From a virus (taxonomy: Duplodnaviria > Caudoviricetes): DNA of 64,000 nucleotides. A program made the position numbers and the translations under genes. This document shows positions 27,201-36,915 of the stretch, in pieces. How positions within the stretch are numbered: the stretch's first letter is position 1; the number at the start of each line of letters is the position of its first letter. The stretch spans positions 20,198 to 84,197 of the IMG/VR virus record IMGVR_UViG_2916441648_000002. One strand, written 5' to 3'. Below the pieces are notes generated by a model that was given only the letters and a program-made list of their open reading frames with translations, had not been told where the DNA came from and searched no databases.

Positions 27201-28063
27201 CAGGCAGGGTTATCCGTCCACGCCCATTTAAATACGCCCTCCCATGTACCAGAATAAGTGCGGGTTTCGGGATCATAAGTATCAGGTACACGGATGATTC
27301 GCCCTTTCGGATTGCAAACAACCTGAGGAATGCCATTAGGGAACTGCTTTGCGTCAAACTCTACATACAGCAGCGCTGTGTTAACGTAGCGAAGTTTGGC
27401 GTCAATAATTTCAGTAACGGCCACAACGCGCATGGTGTCGACGATATTCACGCTCGTGGAATCCGGCGTGATTCTGCGAACCCGCAACTGCCATCCAGTC
27501 GAGGCTTTCGGAAGATTGACGCGGTGACTGCGCTCATAAAGCGACGTGGTTTTGTCATCAACAGCACCGTTAACCACCGTTTCATACGGCCCGCCATCGA
27601 CCGACAGATCGATAGCATACTCGACGCGGGTGCCGACTTTATCACCGTTGTTTTTCTGGAGTAAAAGAGTTGGCCATCCCAGGCGAATTCGCAGCGCAGA
27701 GAGCTGCGTGTTGGATACCGCGCGCACGTACGGCACAGCCTGTTTCAGCTCGTATGAAACCTGAAGTTCGTTTTCAATGCCGGGGAAGCCCTGAATGTAG
27801 TCCTGGTCCTGAGTACCGGAACGGAACTCATATTTCACATTATTGAAGTTATAACTTCCGTCGGCGTTCTGAAGAGGCGTGTAGGAAGATGAGTCACCAA
27901 GAAAAATGTTTTTACCATCAAGCCCGCCAGCGAACTCACCCTCTCCAAGCGCAATCAGCACCTTTGCCCTTGCAATGGACTGAATGCTGTCCGGTGCTTC
28001 AACGGGTGTTCGGGTCTGATTGCTGCCACCTTTACCGCGGCCTTTGATGATTGTCGTCGTCAT
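24227..28063 (-). CDS. Central tail fibre / host-specificity protein J
   Basis: 1278 aa; lambda-J motifs (IDAKLRY, WTDNPAWIYYD), FN3 region, coiled coil, DUF1983-like C-terminus. Confidence 0.92.
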   Translation of the reverse strand: MTTTIIKGRGKGGSNQTRTPVEAPDSIQSIARAKVLIALGEGEFAGGLDGKNIFLGDSSSYTPLQNADGSYNFNNVKYEFRSGTQDQDYIQGFPGIENELQVSYELKQAVPYVRAVSNTQLSALRIRLGWPTLLLQKNNGDKVGTRVEYAIDLSVDGGPYETVVNGAVDDKTTSLYERSHRVNLPKASTGWQLRVRRITPDSTSVNIVDTMRVVAVTEIIDAKLRYVNTALLYVEFDAKQFPNGIPQVVCNPKGRIIRVPDTYDPETRTYSGTWEGVFKWAWTDNPAWIYYDIILNERFGLGQRIDATQIDKWELYRIAQYCDQLVPDGKGGSGTEPRFRCNVYIQDRNDAWTVLRDLAGIFRGMTYWGDNKMYVLADMPRDVWHIYNHASVVEGKFTFADPSETTRNTAALVNWSDPANHYKDTPEPVYDSDLAMRFDYRQLEMTAIGCTRQSEANRRGRWALLTNGIGEVVTFSTGMDVPPVGEVIGVAANELAGRTIGGRVSAVNGRNITLDRAADVKAGNRLFLNLPSGTAQARTVQAVNGNTVTVTTPYSETPEAECNWGVDSDDLFIALFRVTGTRDNNDGTFEVTGTTYNPDIYSAVDTGARLDERPVSVIPPGVQAPPGNIVVDSYSTVNQNIAITTMRVAWDSVQGAVAYEAEWRRDSGNWISVPRTSSLGFEVQGIYSGRYLVRVRAVNASDVSSVWATSSEVNLTGKVGNPPKPVGFIASDNVVFGIELSWGFPANTDDTLKTEIQYSLTGTEDDAMLLADVPYPQRKYQQMGLKAGQIFWYRAQLVDRSGNESGYTDWVRGQASIDVSDITDAILEEIKDSEVFKDLIESAVDSSEKLAELSDAIKENADGLAAAVGSNKQTAEAIIGNALAIADVVVRQTAQQGANSATFEQLREVIATETEARVTDVTRLEAKTAQNEAGITDVRQALATETEARASAVSQLTAATQSASDKADSAAAVGAQNTASITDLSQVVTDLDSSMASRLEELGAQTDKASGGIQNNAIALITSTLAQVNQRNLLSVQYGDNKAGIERVDNVMADASKAVTESLKTLDSSAGGNTANVTDFAKTMADFSQASATQINSLKVTVNGQSAAIVTNAQVSADINNNLNAMYSIKVAVDSNGKQYAAGIGIGVQNTPSGMQPQVLFLADRFAVMSQAGGAVTLPFVIQNGQTFIRDTFIQDGTISNAKIGNYIQSNDYAAGSKGWSIPKNGSPEFNSGTFRGALYATTGNFGFSGPNKATVIDSNGVTINLTGGGRIVLGEWT

Positions 28064-28115
28064 ATCGCGTCCATAAAAAAGCCACCGTCAGGTGGCTTGC
28101 AGTACGTGGTTTGGT

Positions 28116-28703
28116 TTATTGCTGATCTTCTGCATAAACCCCGGCGGATATAATGGCGCCGCCAATTTCCCGTTGCCCATAAAGCAGGGGGACTGGATTT
28201 CCAGATGCCGTCGTGTTAACGGGACCACCAAACGCATAGGAGGGTTTGTTATCAGGATCCTGACGCATTCGCAGACCTGAAACCTGAGGAGAGAGCATTT
28301 GCACTACACCGCCAACGGCCATAGAACCAGCTGCGGCATATAGTGCCATTTGTGTGCTTGCTGCCCATCCTATTGGATTCCACCAGGTGAAGGCCGCAAT
28401 TGCGGCGGCAGTAACAATTTGAAAGAGGCCCGCCCTTTTACTACCGCGTATGACAGGGATAATTCGGATCTCATCGCCAGGCCCAAGAAGATCAAACTCT
28501 TCCTTGCCTATGTTAATTTCGTTTCGGAAGATGACAAAATCCAGCCCTTTCGCTCTGGTCTCGCGCAGGTAAGCATCAAAGCCATCAATGGTGTTAGAAA
28601 GCGCTCTGAATACTTCGCTGGCGGACGTTAGTGCACGGCGATGTGTCCTGCCGAATCGCTGAGCCATTGAGCCGCTGAGTTTGATAATGGTTTTTCTTTC
28701 CAT
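28116..28703 (-). CDS. Tail assembly protein I
   Basis: Ubiquitin-like N-terminus; PVPLLYG..EIGG. Confidence 0.88.
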   Translation of the reverse strand: MERKTIIKLSGSMAQRFGRTHRRALTSASEVFRALSNTIDGFDAYLRETRAKGLDFVIFRNEINIGKEEFDLLGPGDEIRIIPVIRGSKRAGLFQIVTAAAIAAFTWWNPIGWAASTQMALYAAAGSMAVGGVVQMLSPQVSGLRMRQDPDNKPSYAFGGPVNTTASGNPVPLLYGQREIGGAIISAGVYAEDQQ

Positions 28704-29413
28704 TACATCAAATCCTTATAACGCAGAATTTTGATGGTACGGTCACGGTAATAGCCACCGTAGGGAATACGCTGGCTTAGCTGGCCATACATGTGATGCA
28801 GTAGCATGTTGCCATCAAGCAAAATCCCGGCATGGTTCGGGACGGTGGACTGAACCTGCATGATAACCATATCACCGGGCTGAGCGGGACCGTCGTACTC
28901 ACGGAAACCGCATTCCTGCCAGTTATCCATATAGAGATTTTCACCCTGCTCCCACCAGTGGCGATCTACACTGTAGTTGGGCAGTTCAATGCCGTGTTCG
29001 ATGCGGAAATAGTCCATGATGAGAGACCAGCAGTCTGCATATCCGAGTACAAACTGGCGCCCTGTGAGGGGTCGGTCTCCGCGAGGCATGACGGTGCGAA
29101 TGTCGCCCTCCGGCCACGATGCAATAATCCAGGGCAGTTCCGTGGCATCACACATCAGCATGTCGAGCTCGCTCGGCTGGGTTGTTGCCCCGTCGCCGGG
29201 GTGACTGTGGACGATCGCCACCACAGTACCCTGCTCTTCGGCGGCCGCATAATCCTCAGGATTGAGTTCAAATTGCTCAGTTGGCGACTCAGCATTATTT
29301 TTGCAGGGGATGTACTTCTCCACCCGCCCCTTCTGGATAACCACGCCACAGCACTCTTCAGGGAAGGATGCGGCGGCATGCGCCAGAATGGCGCTAACTG
29401 TTTTCTCGCGCAT
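28703..29413 (-). CDS. Tail tip protein K (JAB plus NlpC/P60)
   Basis: ECCG, HSHP, DCWSL and HAGI motifs. Confidence 0.9.
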   Translation of the reverse strand: MREKTVSAILAHAAASFPEECCGVVIQKGRVEKYIPCKNNAESPTEQFELNPEDYAAAEEQGTVVAIVHSHPGDGATTQPSELDMLMCDATELPWIIASWPEGDIRTVMPRGDRPLTGRQFVLGYADCWSLIMDYFRIEHGIELPNYSVDRHWWEQGENLYMDNWQECGFREYDGPAQPGDMVIMQVQSTVPNHAGILLDGNMLLHHMYGQLSQRIPYGGYYRDRTIKILRYKDLM

Positions 29414-29415
29414 GA

Positions 29416-30174
29416 TTATCCTCTCAGAAGTGAAGCCCCAGGGAACCCGCCATAATCCAGTTGCTCATTCTCTCCGAAACGAGGTTTGCAGCCCGTTGAC
29501 AGCAGTCCGGAGCAAACATCCTGTGAAGGATCGTCCACCCGGTTGCCGTCTTTATCGAACCAGCCATTTTGCCCGGCGTAGGTGCAGCCGTTCCCGGTTT
29601 TGTACCAGCCCCGCATACACCACGTACACATGGGCTGAATCTGCCGGGTAGGGATTAACTGCCCGCGAAGATCAGCAGGACTGGAAAGCTCAAACTCTAC
29701 TGTTTCATCATCAGAGCCTGATTTTCTGTCGATGTAATAAACCTGCTTGCGTTCCTCATTGGGATTCGCGGTTGGGTTACCATCAGAAAAGTTTCTGGCG
29801 TCAAGGTAATGAGCGAAGGTGTCGTGGATTATCACCTTAGCTTTTGCCATACCCTGAAATCGCCGGCAAAGCGCACCAATCGTGCCGCTGATGTTTGCCA
29901 CGGTGAGAGACGGCCGTGAACTCTGGCCGTCACTGCTGACAGATATGCCGGTCAGTTCATACGGCCACGCGCCATACTCCTGCCCCTGCCACCACACCGA
30001 CTTCGGCTCAAGTTTTGACTCGTCGCCGCCTGCGGCGATGATTTCCGCCTCGGTATGCGGGATTGTCTCGTTGTGAAAGCGAAGAATACCGGCACCGAAA
30101 GCTGAGCCGTCCACCTCGATCAGACGGACGCGTTTACCCGGTTCCAGTTTCTGGACATCAGATGAAATGCTCAT
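29416..30174 (-). CDS. Minor tail protein L
   Basis: MSISSDVQKLEPG; C-terminal Cys cluster; GGFPGA. Confidence 0.9.
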   Translation of the reverse strand: MSISSDVQKLEPGKRVRLIEVDGSAFGAGILRFHNETIPHTEAEIIAAGGDESKLEPKSVWWQGQEYGAWPYELTGISVSSDGQSSRPSLTVANISGTIGALCRRFQGMAKAKVIIHDTFAHYLDARNFSDGNPTANPNEERKQVYYIDRKSGSDDETVEFELSSPADLRGQLIPTRQIQPMCTWCMRGWYKTGNGCTYAGQNGWFDKDGNRVDDPSQDVCSGLLSTGCKPRFGENEQLDYGGFPGASLLRG

Positions 30175-30509
30175 GGATGGTATGCCTGTATGAATGTGCT
30201 GCTGAGGGTGTATTTTTTGTTGCCGTGGGTAGATATCTGGAAGGATTCCGCGCGCCATAAACCTGAAGGCTCAAGCGGCGGCTTCCAGATAAATGACTTC
30301 CACCCTGCATGTCTGTTCAGAAAGTTTTTAATGGCCTGAATGTAAGCCTCGTCACCGGTAAAGCTCACGCTCCACTGAGGTGTTACCGGGTTGATACCGT
30401 CCCCGGCCACCTGCGCATAGCCATCGCCAAACTGTGCCTTTCGGGTACGAAAATTTGTATCAACCTGAGAGGCAACCTTTGGGCACCAGCTGAAGGTTTC
30501 GACTGCCAT
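30171..30509 (-). CDS. Minor tail protein M (distal tail)
   Basis: FGDGYAQ...GIN...SFIWKPP. Confidence 0.88.
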   Translation of the reverse strand: MAVETFSWCPKVASQVDTNFRTRKAQFGDGYAQVAGDGINPVTPQWSVSFTGDEAYIQAIKNFLNRHAGWKSFIWKPPLEPSGLWRAESFQISTHGNKKYTLSSTFIQAYHP

Positions 30510-30511
30510 GG

Positions 30512-33500
30512 TTAAACTCCCTTGATTAATCGCCACAGAGGCGAGCCCGGCATGCTGGCCTGTTCGTTAATGACACCAGTGATGGCATCCTTAAGCTGCC
30601 TGCCTGCTGCTCCAGCAGTACCCTGACTGGCCGCCTGGGATGATCCGCCCTGAATATTGATATCGCCGAAGTTAACTGAAGGCACGCCGCCAGAGACCTG
30701 CGGCATCCCTACTGCGCGAACAGCAAGATCACCATTAGGTGCCCGCGTGAGTGGCATGATTGCTTCAGGACCTGCCTCGCCGAAAATCCCTGCGCCTTTA
30801 GCAAAAGCAAACAGTTGAGGTGTCTGAAAAACACCATTGCTGTAAGCGCTCAGGGACGGAGAGTCGTAAACATTACCCTTCGCATTAAAGGTAAAGTTCG
30901 CGCCGGCATTCTGAATAGCGGTACCGCTGCTGGCGGTTGCGGCTGACGAGGCGCCAAAACTGAACAGTGATCCAATTGAGCTGACGCCATTAGCAACAGC
31001 CATATTCACCAGGACGTTCTGGATAATCTTCAGTACGCTGACGCCCCAGTCCTTCCAGCTGTCAACGTTGCCATTGAGCATGTCGGTGATCGTGGTGACC
31101 GCGCCACCCATGGCCTGCTTCATGCCGTCAGCGGCCATGGAAGAATAATCAGTAGCTTCGTCCACCCAGTTCGCATAACCCTCAGACAGTCCCGTCATCC
31201 AGTCGTCACGCTGCGCATCAGAAGCTGCGTAATATCCCTCCTGGTCGCGCAGGCGCTCTTCGAGGTAGCGCTTATTAAGTGCCAGCCCCTGCTGATAGAA
31301 CGTCTCGTCGATTTCACCAGCCTGACGCTGGCGGAGAAGATCGGTATTCTTCTGCTCAAACTCCTTACGCAGATTGAACTGCTCCTGAAGTCTTTCACGG
31401 AACCTGGAGCCCTGCCCGTAGCCCAGCAGTTGCGCTTCATTGGCTGCGCGGGCGCTGGCGTTACTGTCAGCAAGGTTGGCTTCGTAATTTCGCAGTTGCT
31501 CACGTAATTTAACCTGGTCAATCAGCGCAGCATTCTGCAATACCGTCTTTTTCTGGGCTTCCGTCAGAGAAGCAAGTTCGCCCTGGCTGACCTGATATTT
31601 AACCTTCGCCAGTTCAGTATTCTGACCTTGCAGGGCAATCTGCTCTTTTTGCTGCTTGATAAGGCGCTTATACACATCCTCGGTTTTCTCGCCTTCGGTT
31701 TTACCGCCCTTCGCCTTAGGTTTGTTGGCCTCATTATTCCGCCATTCAGCAAGACCGTTATTAATCAACTCCTGACGGCCTGTCTGGAATTGCGGATCAC
31801 TGGTTAACCCCAGGTCATCGGCTGCATAACTCAGTCGCAGACGCTCTTTTGCTTCACCCTTCAGGCGTGACAACTCCAGATCCCGACGGCTCTTTTCGAG
31901 GGCATCGGTTTGCTTTTTGTCGAGGTCGGCCTGAGGAAGTCTGAGAGGGACGTTCGCCAGCCCTTGCCGAGCCATTAATAGCTGATTTCCCAGCCCCAGT
32001 AGACGGTTAAATTCAGTATGCTGACCATTCATCATGATCATAGATTGATATACCGCATTCTGTCGCCAGGCTTGTTCGCGTATTAAATCATTACGACGCC
32101 GCTCAATTTCTTCGAGAGCCTGCTGTATGCCGCGAGATTTATCTCGCATGTCATTCAATTTTCCCTCTTCAACAGCGAGTTGATCCGTAACAATAGCTAT
32201 TGCTTTAAGGATATTTGCATCGTTCTCGCTGGTAATGCCCGGTTTTCCACGCGATGCATTCAAATCGTCGATCTGGTTCTTCAGCTCACCAACCTTTTTG
32301 GCTTGCTCATCAACCAAACGATTTTGTTCAACGAGAGCCTCAACGGTTTGCCCACGATTTTCATCCGTCTCGGTCAGAGACATTTTTGAGGTTTTTTGCC
32401 TGATTTCATCAATCTGACCAGCATACTCCTGGGCGGAACGACGTGCCTGCTCCTGATTCTGATACATCGTGTACCAGGCACCGGCCCCCAGCATCAACAG
32501 CCCAGGCAACCCGCCGACAAGACCCAGCAGGCCTGTAGCGCCTGTTTTTACAAGCCCCAGCACTGATGTTGCAGAGTTTAGTGCCTGCTGAGAGGCTGCA
32601 ACGGCTCTGTTTGACTGTACCAGTGCCGCATTTGCTGCAATCATTGCCCGGCGCTTGGATATGGCATTTTGAGTGGCAGTAGCCTCAGCATTAGTATTCT
32701 TTGCCAGCACAAGTTCTGACTGGGCAAGCTGGTAAGCCCGCTCAGCAGCAATAGCATCGGCAGCGGCCTTGCGCTGTGATTGTGTGGCTGTACTTGCCCT
32801 TGCGGCGGCGAGCGCTATTTCATTTTTCCTCGCTTCAACCAACTGTGCCGTCTGGCTTCCAAGATCGCCAATCATGCCGCCAATAAATCTTGAACCTCCG
32901 ATGGCCGCCAGCACGCCAGCAGCAGAGGCAACGGTATTGATATTATCTGAAATCGCATTCAATGCCCCGGTTAGCGCGCTTGTCGCCCCAGTGGCTTCAT
33001 TTGCACCACCTACCCACGCCAGAAATGCGTTTTCAATTTTGGTCGTTGCTGATGCAACGGTCTGTGGCATCGCGCTATATTCATCCTGTAACGCCCCAAG
33101 CTGGCTGATTAAAGCCGGAACAACTTTATCGGCGGTAAGTTGTCCCTGATCGGCCATAGCCTTTAAGTCTTTCCTGGCGACACCCATGCCGGATGCCAGC
33201 GCGCGAATAACGCGATCACCGTTTTCGTTGACGGAGTTAAATTCCTCGCCACGAAGAACACCCTGCGCCAGAGCCTGGCTGAACTGCGTGATTACAGAAC
33301 TGGCCTCAGACGAGCTTGCACCTGACAGCTTAAGCCCTGTTGATATAGCCTCGGTTACCTTCAGAACCTCTTCTGAACTGTAGCCATATTCACGCATAGA
33401 AGCGGCTGAACGCGCAAAGAGGCTGGCATTATCTGAAAATGCCGTACCGGTTCGCTGACTGATTTCCATCAGCGCGCGCTGTGACTCGTTGAAATCATCT

Positions 33501-33814
33501 GTAGATTGTGATGCCTGCTTTAACCTGGCGTTAACTGAACTCCACTCGTCAGCTAAAGAAATAAGGTGCCCGGTGGCATATGCTCCTGCAAATGCTCCGG
33601 CAAGACCAACAGCAGATGCCTTAGCGGAATTAAGTTGCCCCGTTAAGTCAGCCAAAGCTCTCTGAGTTTCTCTGGACGCGGCAGCCGCCTGGCGGCCACC
33701 ATTTTGCATGGTTCGGTAATAATCCTGCCCCATGCGTGAGGCGCGGGAAATTTCCGACTGGAACGATTGGGAGTTAGCAGAGATTTTGATTATCAGTTCG
33801 CGAAGAGTTGCCAT
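30512..33814 (-). CDS. Tail tape measure protein (about 1100 aa)
   Basis: MATLRELII start; Ala-rich repeats; lambda-type C-terminal tape-measure domain. Confidence 0.92.
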   Translation of the reverse strand: MATLRELIIKISANSQSFQSEISRASRMGQDYYRTMQNGGRQAAAASRETQRALADLTGQLNSAKASAVGLAGAFAGAYATGHLISLADEWSSVNARLKQASQSTDDFNESQRALMEISQRTGTAFSDNASLFARSAASMREYGYSSEEVLKVTEAISTGLKLSGASSSEASSVITQFSQALAQGVLRGEEFNSVNENGDRVIRALASGMGVARKDLKAMADQGQLTADKVVPALISQLGALQDEYSAMPQTVASATTKIENAFLAWVGGANEATGATSALTGALNAISDNINTVASAAGVLAAIGGSRFIGGMIGDLGSQTAQLVEARKNEIALAAARASTATQSQRKAAADAIAAERAYQLAQSELVLAKNTNAEATATQNAISKRRAMIAANAALVQSNRAVAASQQALNSATSVLGLVKTGATGLLGLVGGLPGLLMLGAGAWYTMYQNQEQARRSAQEYAGQIDEIRQKTSKMSLTETDENRGQTVEALVEQNRLVDEQAKKVGELKNQIDDLNASRGKPGITSENDANILKAIAIVTDQLAVEEGKLNDMRDKSRGIQQALEEIERRRNDLIREQAWRQNAVYQSMIMMNGQHTEFNRLLGLGNQLLMARQGLANVPLRLPQADLDKKQTDALEKSRRDLELSRLKGEAKERLRLSYAADDLGLTSDPQFQTGRQELINNGLAEWRNNEANKPKAKGGKTEGEKTEDVYKRLIKQQKEQIALQGQNTELAKVKYQVSQGELASLTEAQKKTVLQNAALIDQVKLREQLRNYEANLADSNASARAANEAQLLGYGQGSRFRERLQEQFNLRKEFEQKNTDLLRQRQAGEIDETFYQQGLALNKRYLEERLRDQEGYYAASDAQRDDWMTGLSEGYANWVDEATDYSSMAADGMKQAMGGAVTTITDMLNGNVDSWKDWGVSVLKIIQNVLVNMAVANGVSSIGSLFSFGASSAATASSGTAIQNAGANFTFNAKGNVYDSPSLSAYSNGVFQTPQLFAFAKGAGIFGEAGPEAIMPLTRAPNGDLAVRAVGMPQVSGGVPSVNFGDINIQGGSSQAASQGTAGAAGRQLKDAITGVINEQASMPGSPLWRLIKGV

Positions 33815-33825
33815 GCTTTCACCAA

Positions 33826-33852
33826 ATAAAAAAGCTCGCACACAGCGAGCTT
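33826..33852 (-). terminator. Terminator after the lipoprotein moron
   Basis: AAGCTCGC-TGTGT-GCGAGCTT followed by a T-run on the minus strand. Confidence 0.7.
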
Positions 33853-33871
33853 CGTATTGAATAAAATTGCC

Positions 33872-34213
33872 CTACCTGCAAAGCGTCTTATAGACCTCAA
33901 GAAATGCCTTGTCGTCCTCTTTAATCACCACTGCTGAACCATTACTTGTTAATTTCCCATCAATAATCTCGACATAGACGTAAAATTTATTACGATAACT
34001 TGTGCCATCATTATTTTTTTTGTAAGTCACATCACCACAAACGTATGCTGCATTATCACCATACTTAAAATATTCAGCGTTAAACTTAGCATCATCTGGG
34101 TTATTTAATTTCTCTCTGACGATGTTTTCGCCATTTTTAATAAAATCATTTTTCTCAGGCTTGCACGCGCTGATAAAAAACAAACACATGACGGCTATAA
34201 TTAACTTTTTCAT
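33872..34213 (-). CDS. AT-rich lipoprotein moron (113 aa)
   Basis: Lipobox FISAC after MKK plus a hydrophobic core; inserted between tail chaperones and tape measure. Confidence 0.75.
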   Translation of the reverse strand: MKKLIIAVMCLFFISACKPEKNDFIKNGENIVREKLNNPDDAKFNAEYFKYGDNAAYVCGDVTYKKNNDGTSYRNKFYVYVEIIDGKLTSNGSAVVIKEDDKAFLEVYKTLCR

Positions 34214-34268
34214 TTTTGCACCTTGATTGCATTATTCATGCTAATGCTAAACCCAGGTACTAGATTTG

Positions 34269-34547
34269 TCACTGAGTTGCAGCTGTAAGTGCAGCCTCAA
34301 GCCCAGCAAACGGGTCCTTCGGTGCTGATTGCTCATCACCACCCCAGCGCAGGATCGCATCGTCCAGCGGTACTTTTGCCCCCTGCGAACCGTAGATGGC
34401 AGAGACGAGCTGGGCGGCCTGAATGTCACCACGAATATCGCCAACCGGACTTTGCCTGTCGTACTCAATCCACATCAGAAGCTCGCTTGCCGTCATATTC
34501 TGCCGAAGCTCTGAGAGCGTGCGCCCCATCCGGAGCGCAAGCGACAT
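34269..34547 (-). CDS. Tail assembly chaperone T part (GT frameshift product)
   Basis: Open in the -1 frame from the slippery site at 34574-34581. Confidence 0.8.
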   Translation of the reverse strand: MSLALRMGRTLSELRQNMTASELLMWIEYDRQSPVGDIRGDIQAAQLVSAIYGSQGAKVPLDDAILRWGGDEQSAPKDPFAGLEAALTAATQ

Positions 34548-34555
34548 CAGAAACT

Positions 34556-34939
34556 TTACGCCGGGGGTTGAGACTTTTCCCGCGCTTCGTCCGCGTTGTT
34601 GATCAGGTCAAGCGCCTGCTTGAGCAGGCGTGAATGGACGGGGCCGTAGATTTCACGCACCTGCTCTTCTTCGTCTACGCTGAATACCGGTTGCTTATCG
34701 GTGTCGCACAGGACGTCAATGAAGAGCACCACGTCAGCGCAAAGATTACGGTGTGCCTTTTCCGATACCGACACATTTTCATCATCAGCACCCGCTTTCA
34801 CCACTTCCTGCCAGCGCAGCCAGGCTTCACCTGACGGCTCACGGAGAACCACTTTGACGCCCTCCCACTCAGGAACGGCGACCGTCTTATGACGGAAACC
34901 CGACATCTTAGCCAGGGCGAGATTTTTAATATTCTTCAT
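34556..34939 (-). CDS. Tail assembly chaperone G
   Basis: HK97-like, ends AREKSQPPA, follows the major tail gene. Confidence 0.85.
   Translation of the reverse strand: MKNIKNLALAKMSGFRHKTVAVPEWEGVKVVLREPSGEAWLRWQEVVKAGADDENVSVSEKAHRNLCADVVLFIDVLCDTDKQPVFSVDEEEQVREIYGPVHSRLLKQALDLINNADEAREKSQPPA
34574..34581 (-). other. Putative programmed -1 frameshift site GGGAAAAG
   Basis: CGG GAA AAG; -1 frame reads KVSTPGVKFLMSLALR into the T ORF. Confidence 0.7.
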
Positions 34940-34947
34940 GCGACCTC

Positions 34948-35391
34948 TCAGGAGCCAGACTCGATATTTTCAGGCTTACCTTTCAGACGCAGGGAGAACG
35001 TTGCCGCCACTACGCCGTTGGTACCTGAAGACCAGGTGTGCTGGCGGATTTCAGCCAGGAACTTAAAGCCCTTGCCGGAAGGGAAGATTACCTGGAAAGC
35101 GTAGGTCGTATCGTTGTCATACGCATCACGCAAGGCGTCCTGCGCCGGATTCTTGTAGAAGTTTCCGGACAGAGAGATTTCTGACGGAGAAGGCAGGCCG
35201 TTAATGTTCTCCTGCTCGGTCGAGCAAAGCGTTGTTACGTCGATATCCTGCTTCTGACCACCGGTGAACTGAATTTCTTTGATGGTGCAACTCAAATCGA
35301 GGAAGGTTGCGGAGTCCATCGTTTCTTTGGTGGCTGGCAAGGAGGAAATAAGGATCTTCGTCAGCTGCGATTTTTCATAAAGTGCAGACAT
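34948..35391 (-). CDS. Major tail tube protein
   Basis: IDVTTLCSTEQENINGL motif; position in tail operon. Confidence 0.85.
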   Translation of the reverse strand: MSALYEKSQLTKILISSLPATKETMDSATFLDLSCTIKEIQFTGGQKQDIDVTTLCSTEQENINGLPSPSEISLSGNFYKNPAQDALRDAYDNDTTYAFQVIFPSGKGFKFLAEIRQHTWSSGTNGVVAATFSLRLKGKPENIESGS

Positions 35392-35450
35392 AGCTGTCTC
35401 CTGGAAAAAGAAAACCCGCCATCAGGCGGGTTCGTTGGGTGAATTAATTG

Positions 35451-35798
35451 TCAGGGGGTAACTTTAAAATCCAGGGTGGCACGGTAGAGCCGATAATCTG
35501 GCTCGTACCCGGGGATTTTTACCACCTCTGTAGGGTTTAACGGCTCAAGCGAAGCGAGCACCAAATCTCTCAGGGATCGTGATTCAGCGATCGAAGTGGA
35601 ATACACATCGACCTGAACGGAAACCCTGCTCTCTGCCTGGCCACACAGTACGTCAGCGGAAACATCATCGACGATGGAAAAGATAATCCAGGGTGGAGAG
35701 ACAGACGGTTTCCCGTCACTACCTAATGGCGCAACATAGGGGTATACCCGTCCTTCTGCCAGGGAAGAAAGCAAGGCGTAGATATTATCTTCATTCAC
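35451..35798 (-). CDS. Tail terminator (DUF3168-like)
   Basis: RVYPYVAP...QVDVYS; HK97-like gene order. Confidence 0.8.
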   Translation of the reverse strand: MNEDNIYALLSSLAEGRVYPYVAPLGSDGKPSVSPPWIIFSIVDDVSADVLCGQAESRVSVQVDVYSTSIAESRSLRDLVLASLEPLNPTEVVKIPGYEPDYRLYRATLDFKVTP

Positions 35799-36244
35799 TT
35801 GCTCAATACCTCATCAATAGCCTGATTCATCCTGGCAATGGCGACGCTGGCGGCCTCTTCCTCGCGAGTATCGTAAGCGGGTCGCACAAACGGATGTGCA
35901 GGCATGTTCGCGGTGCCCAGTTCAACGAATCGCCAGTAAAAGGCGTTTCTCGGGTTATTCGCCTTCATCGTGTTATCGCTGTTTCCGGTGCGCGGATTAA
36001 CGCCACGAATATGGACGCCGGAAGAAATCTCCCCGCGACGGCGGCTTTTTTGGGTCACCACCACCACATTTTTTTTCAGTTTCCCTGTACGCACCGGAGC
36101 GCGGGCGATCACTTCTTCCTTAAGCACTTCGGCGCCAGCGCGCGTGGCATCACGCAGAACCTTGTTGTTTTCAGCGCGACTAAGCGCCTCCAGGTCCTTT
36201 GCGATATCATTTAACCCAGAAAAATCGAGGCTCGTGTCTATCAT
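35795..36244 (-). CDS. HK97 gp10-like neck protein
   Basis: APVRTGKL...WRFVELGT...PF.RPA. Confidence 0.88.
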   Translation of the reverse strand: MIDTSLDFSGLNDIAKDLEALSRAENNKVLRDATRAGAEVLKEEVIARAPVRTGKLKKNVVVVTQKSRRRGEISSGVHIRGVNPRTGNSDNTMKANNPRNAFYWRFVELGTANMPAHPFVRPAYDTREEEAASVAIARMNQAIDEVLSK

Positions 36245-36579
36245 TTTTCGATCCCCTGCTTACAAAGAATTTCGAGCTGAATACCACGAGAATCAGGGAT
36301 AGGCGGACCAATAATATTCAAAATGGCCCCCTTGAACGGGCCAGTCATAACCCTGAGTCTGGACGCAGCAGTTATATCGCTACGAAATCGTGTCCATACC
36401 CTGATGGTGGCGACTGCGGTTTCAGCACCAGCGGCTACCAGCTCTCGCCCACTGATACCTTTTACTTCTGCCCAGGTTTCTGCACCGTCATGCCACGTTT
36501 CAACAGGCTGACCAGAAGGATCACGCGATGTTGTAATGTTCTGAATTACCACCCTGTCTCTCAGTCTTCCGGCCTGCAT
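36241..36579 (-). CDS. Head closure / head-tail adaptor
   Basis: AGRLRDRV...WAEV..ISGRE. Confidence 0.85.
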   Translation of the reverse strand: MQAGRLRDRVVIQNITTSRDPSGQPVETWHDGAETWAEVKGISGRELVAAGAETAVATIRVWTRFRSDITAASRLRVMTGPFKGAILNIIGPPIPDSRGIQLEILCKQGIEK

Positions 36580-36588
36580 AATGTCCTC

Positions 36589-36915
36589 CTATACCCCATA
36601 AATTCGGTATGGCTGCAGCAAGGCTTCAACAGCAAGCGGGACCTCTGCAACGGTTTGCCCGATGGCCACGGATTCCCGGTTTGCATACCAGTGACCGATA
36701 AGCAGTAGCATGGCTGCCTTAACATCATCATTCAGTAGAATTGGGGCCGGGTCGTCTGAATAGCCAGGGCTGCTTTCATTCTCATACAGCGTTCGCCTTG
36801 TCCATGTCTGGACGTACCGGGCCGCCGCGCCTGTGTAAATCTCCAGCAGAGCATCATCACCCGTAAAGTCGGTATCAATGCGGCAATGCTGTTTCACCAC
36901 ATTCTGATCAAGCAT
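36589..36915 (-). CDS. Head-tail connector (gp6-like)
   Basis: VKQHCRID...LLLIGHWYANRE. Confidence 0.88.
   Translation of the reverse strand: MLDQNVVKQHCRIDTDFTGDDALLEIYTGAAARYVQTWTRRTLYENESSPGYSDDPAPILLNDDVKAAMLLLIGHWYANRESVAIGQTVAEVPLAVEALLQPYRIYGV

Noticed and set aside
25185-27664. Long antisense ORFs within J (for example 25185-25724 and 26897-27664) and similar ones opposite terminase, lysin and DUF968
   Set aside because: Shadow ORFs of GC-balanced coding strands, with no RBS or recognisable motifs.
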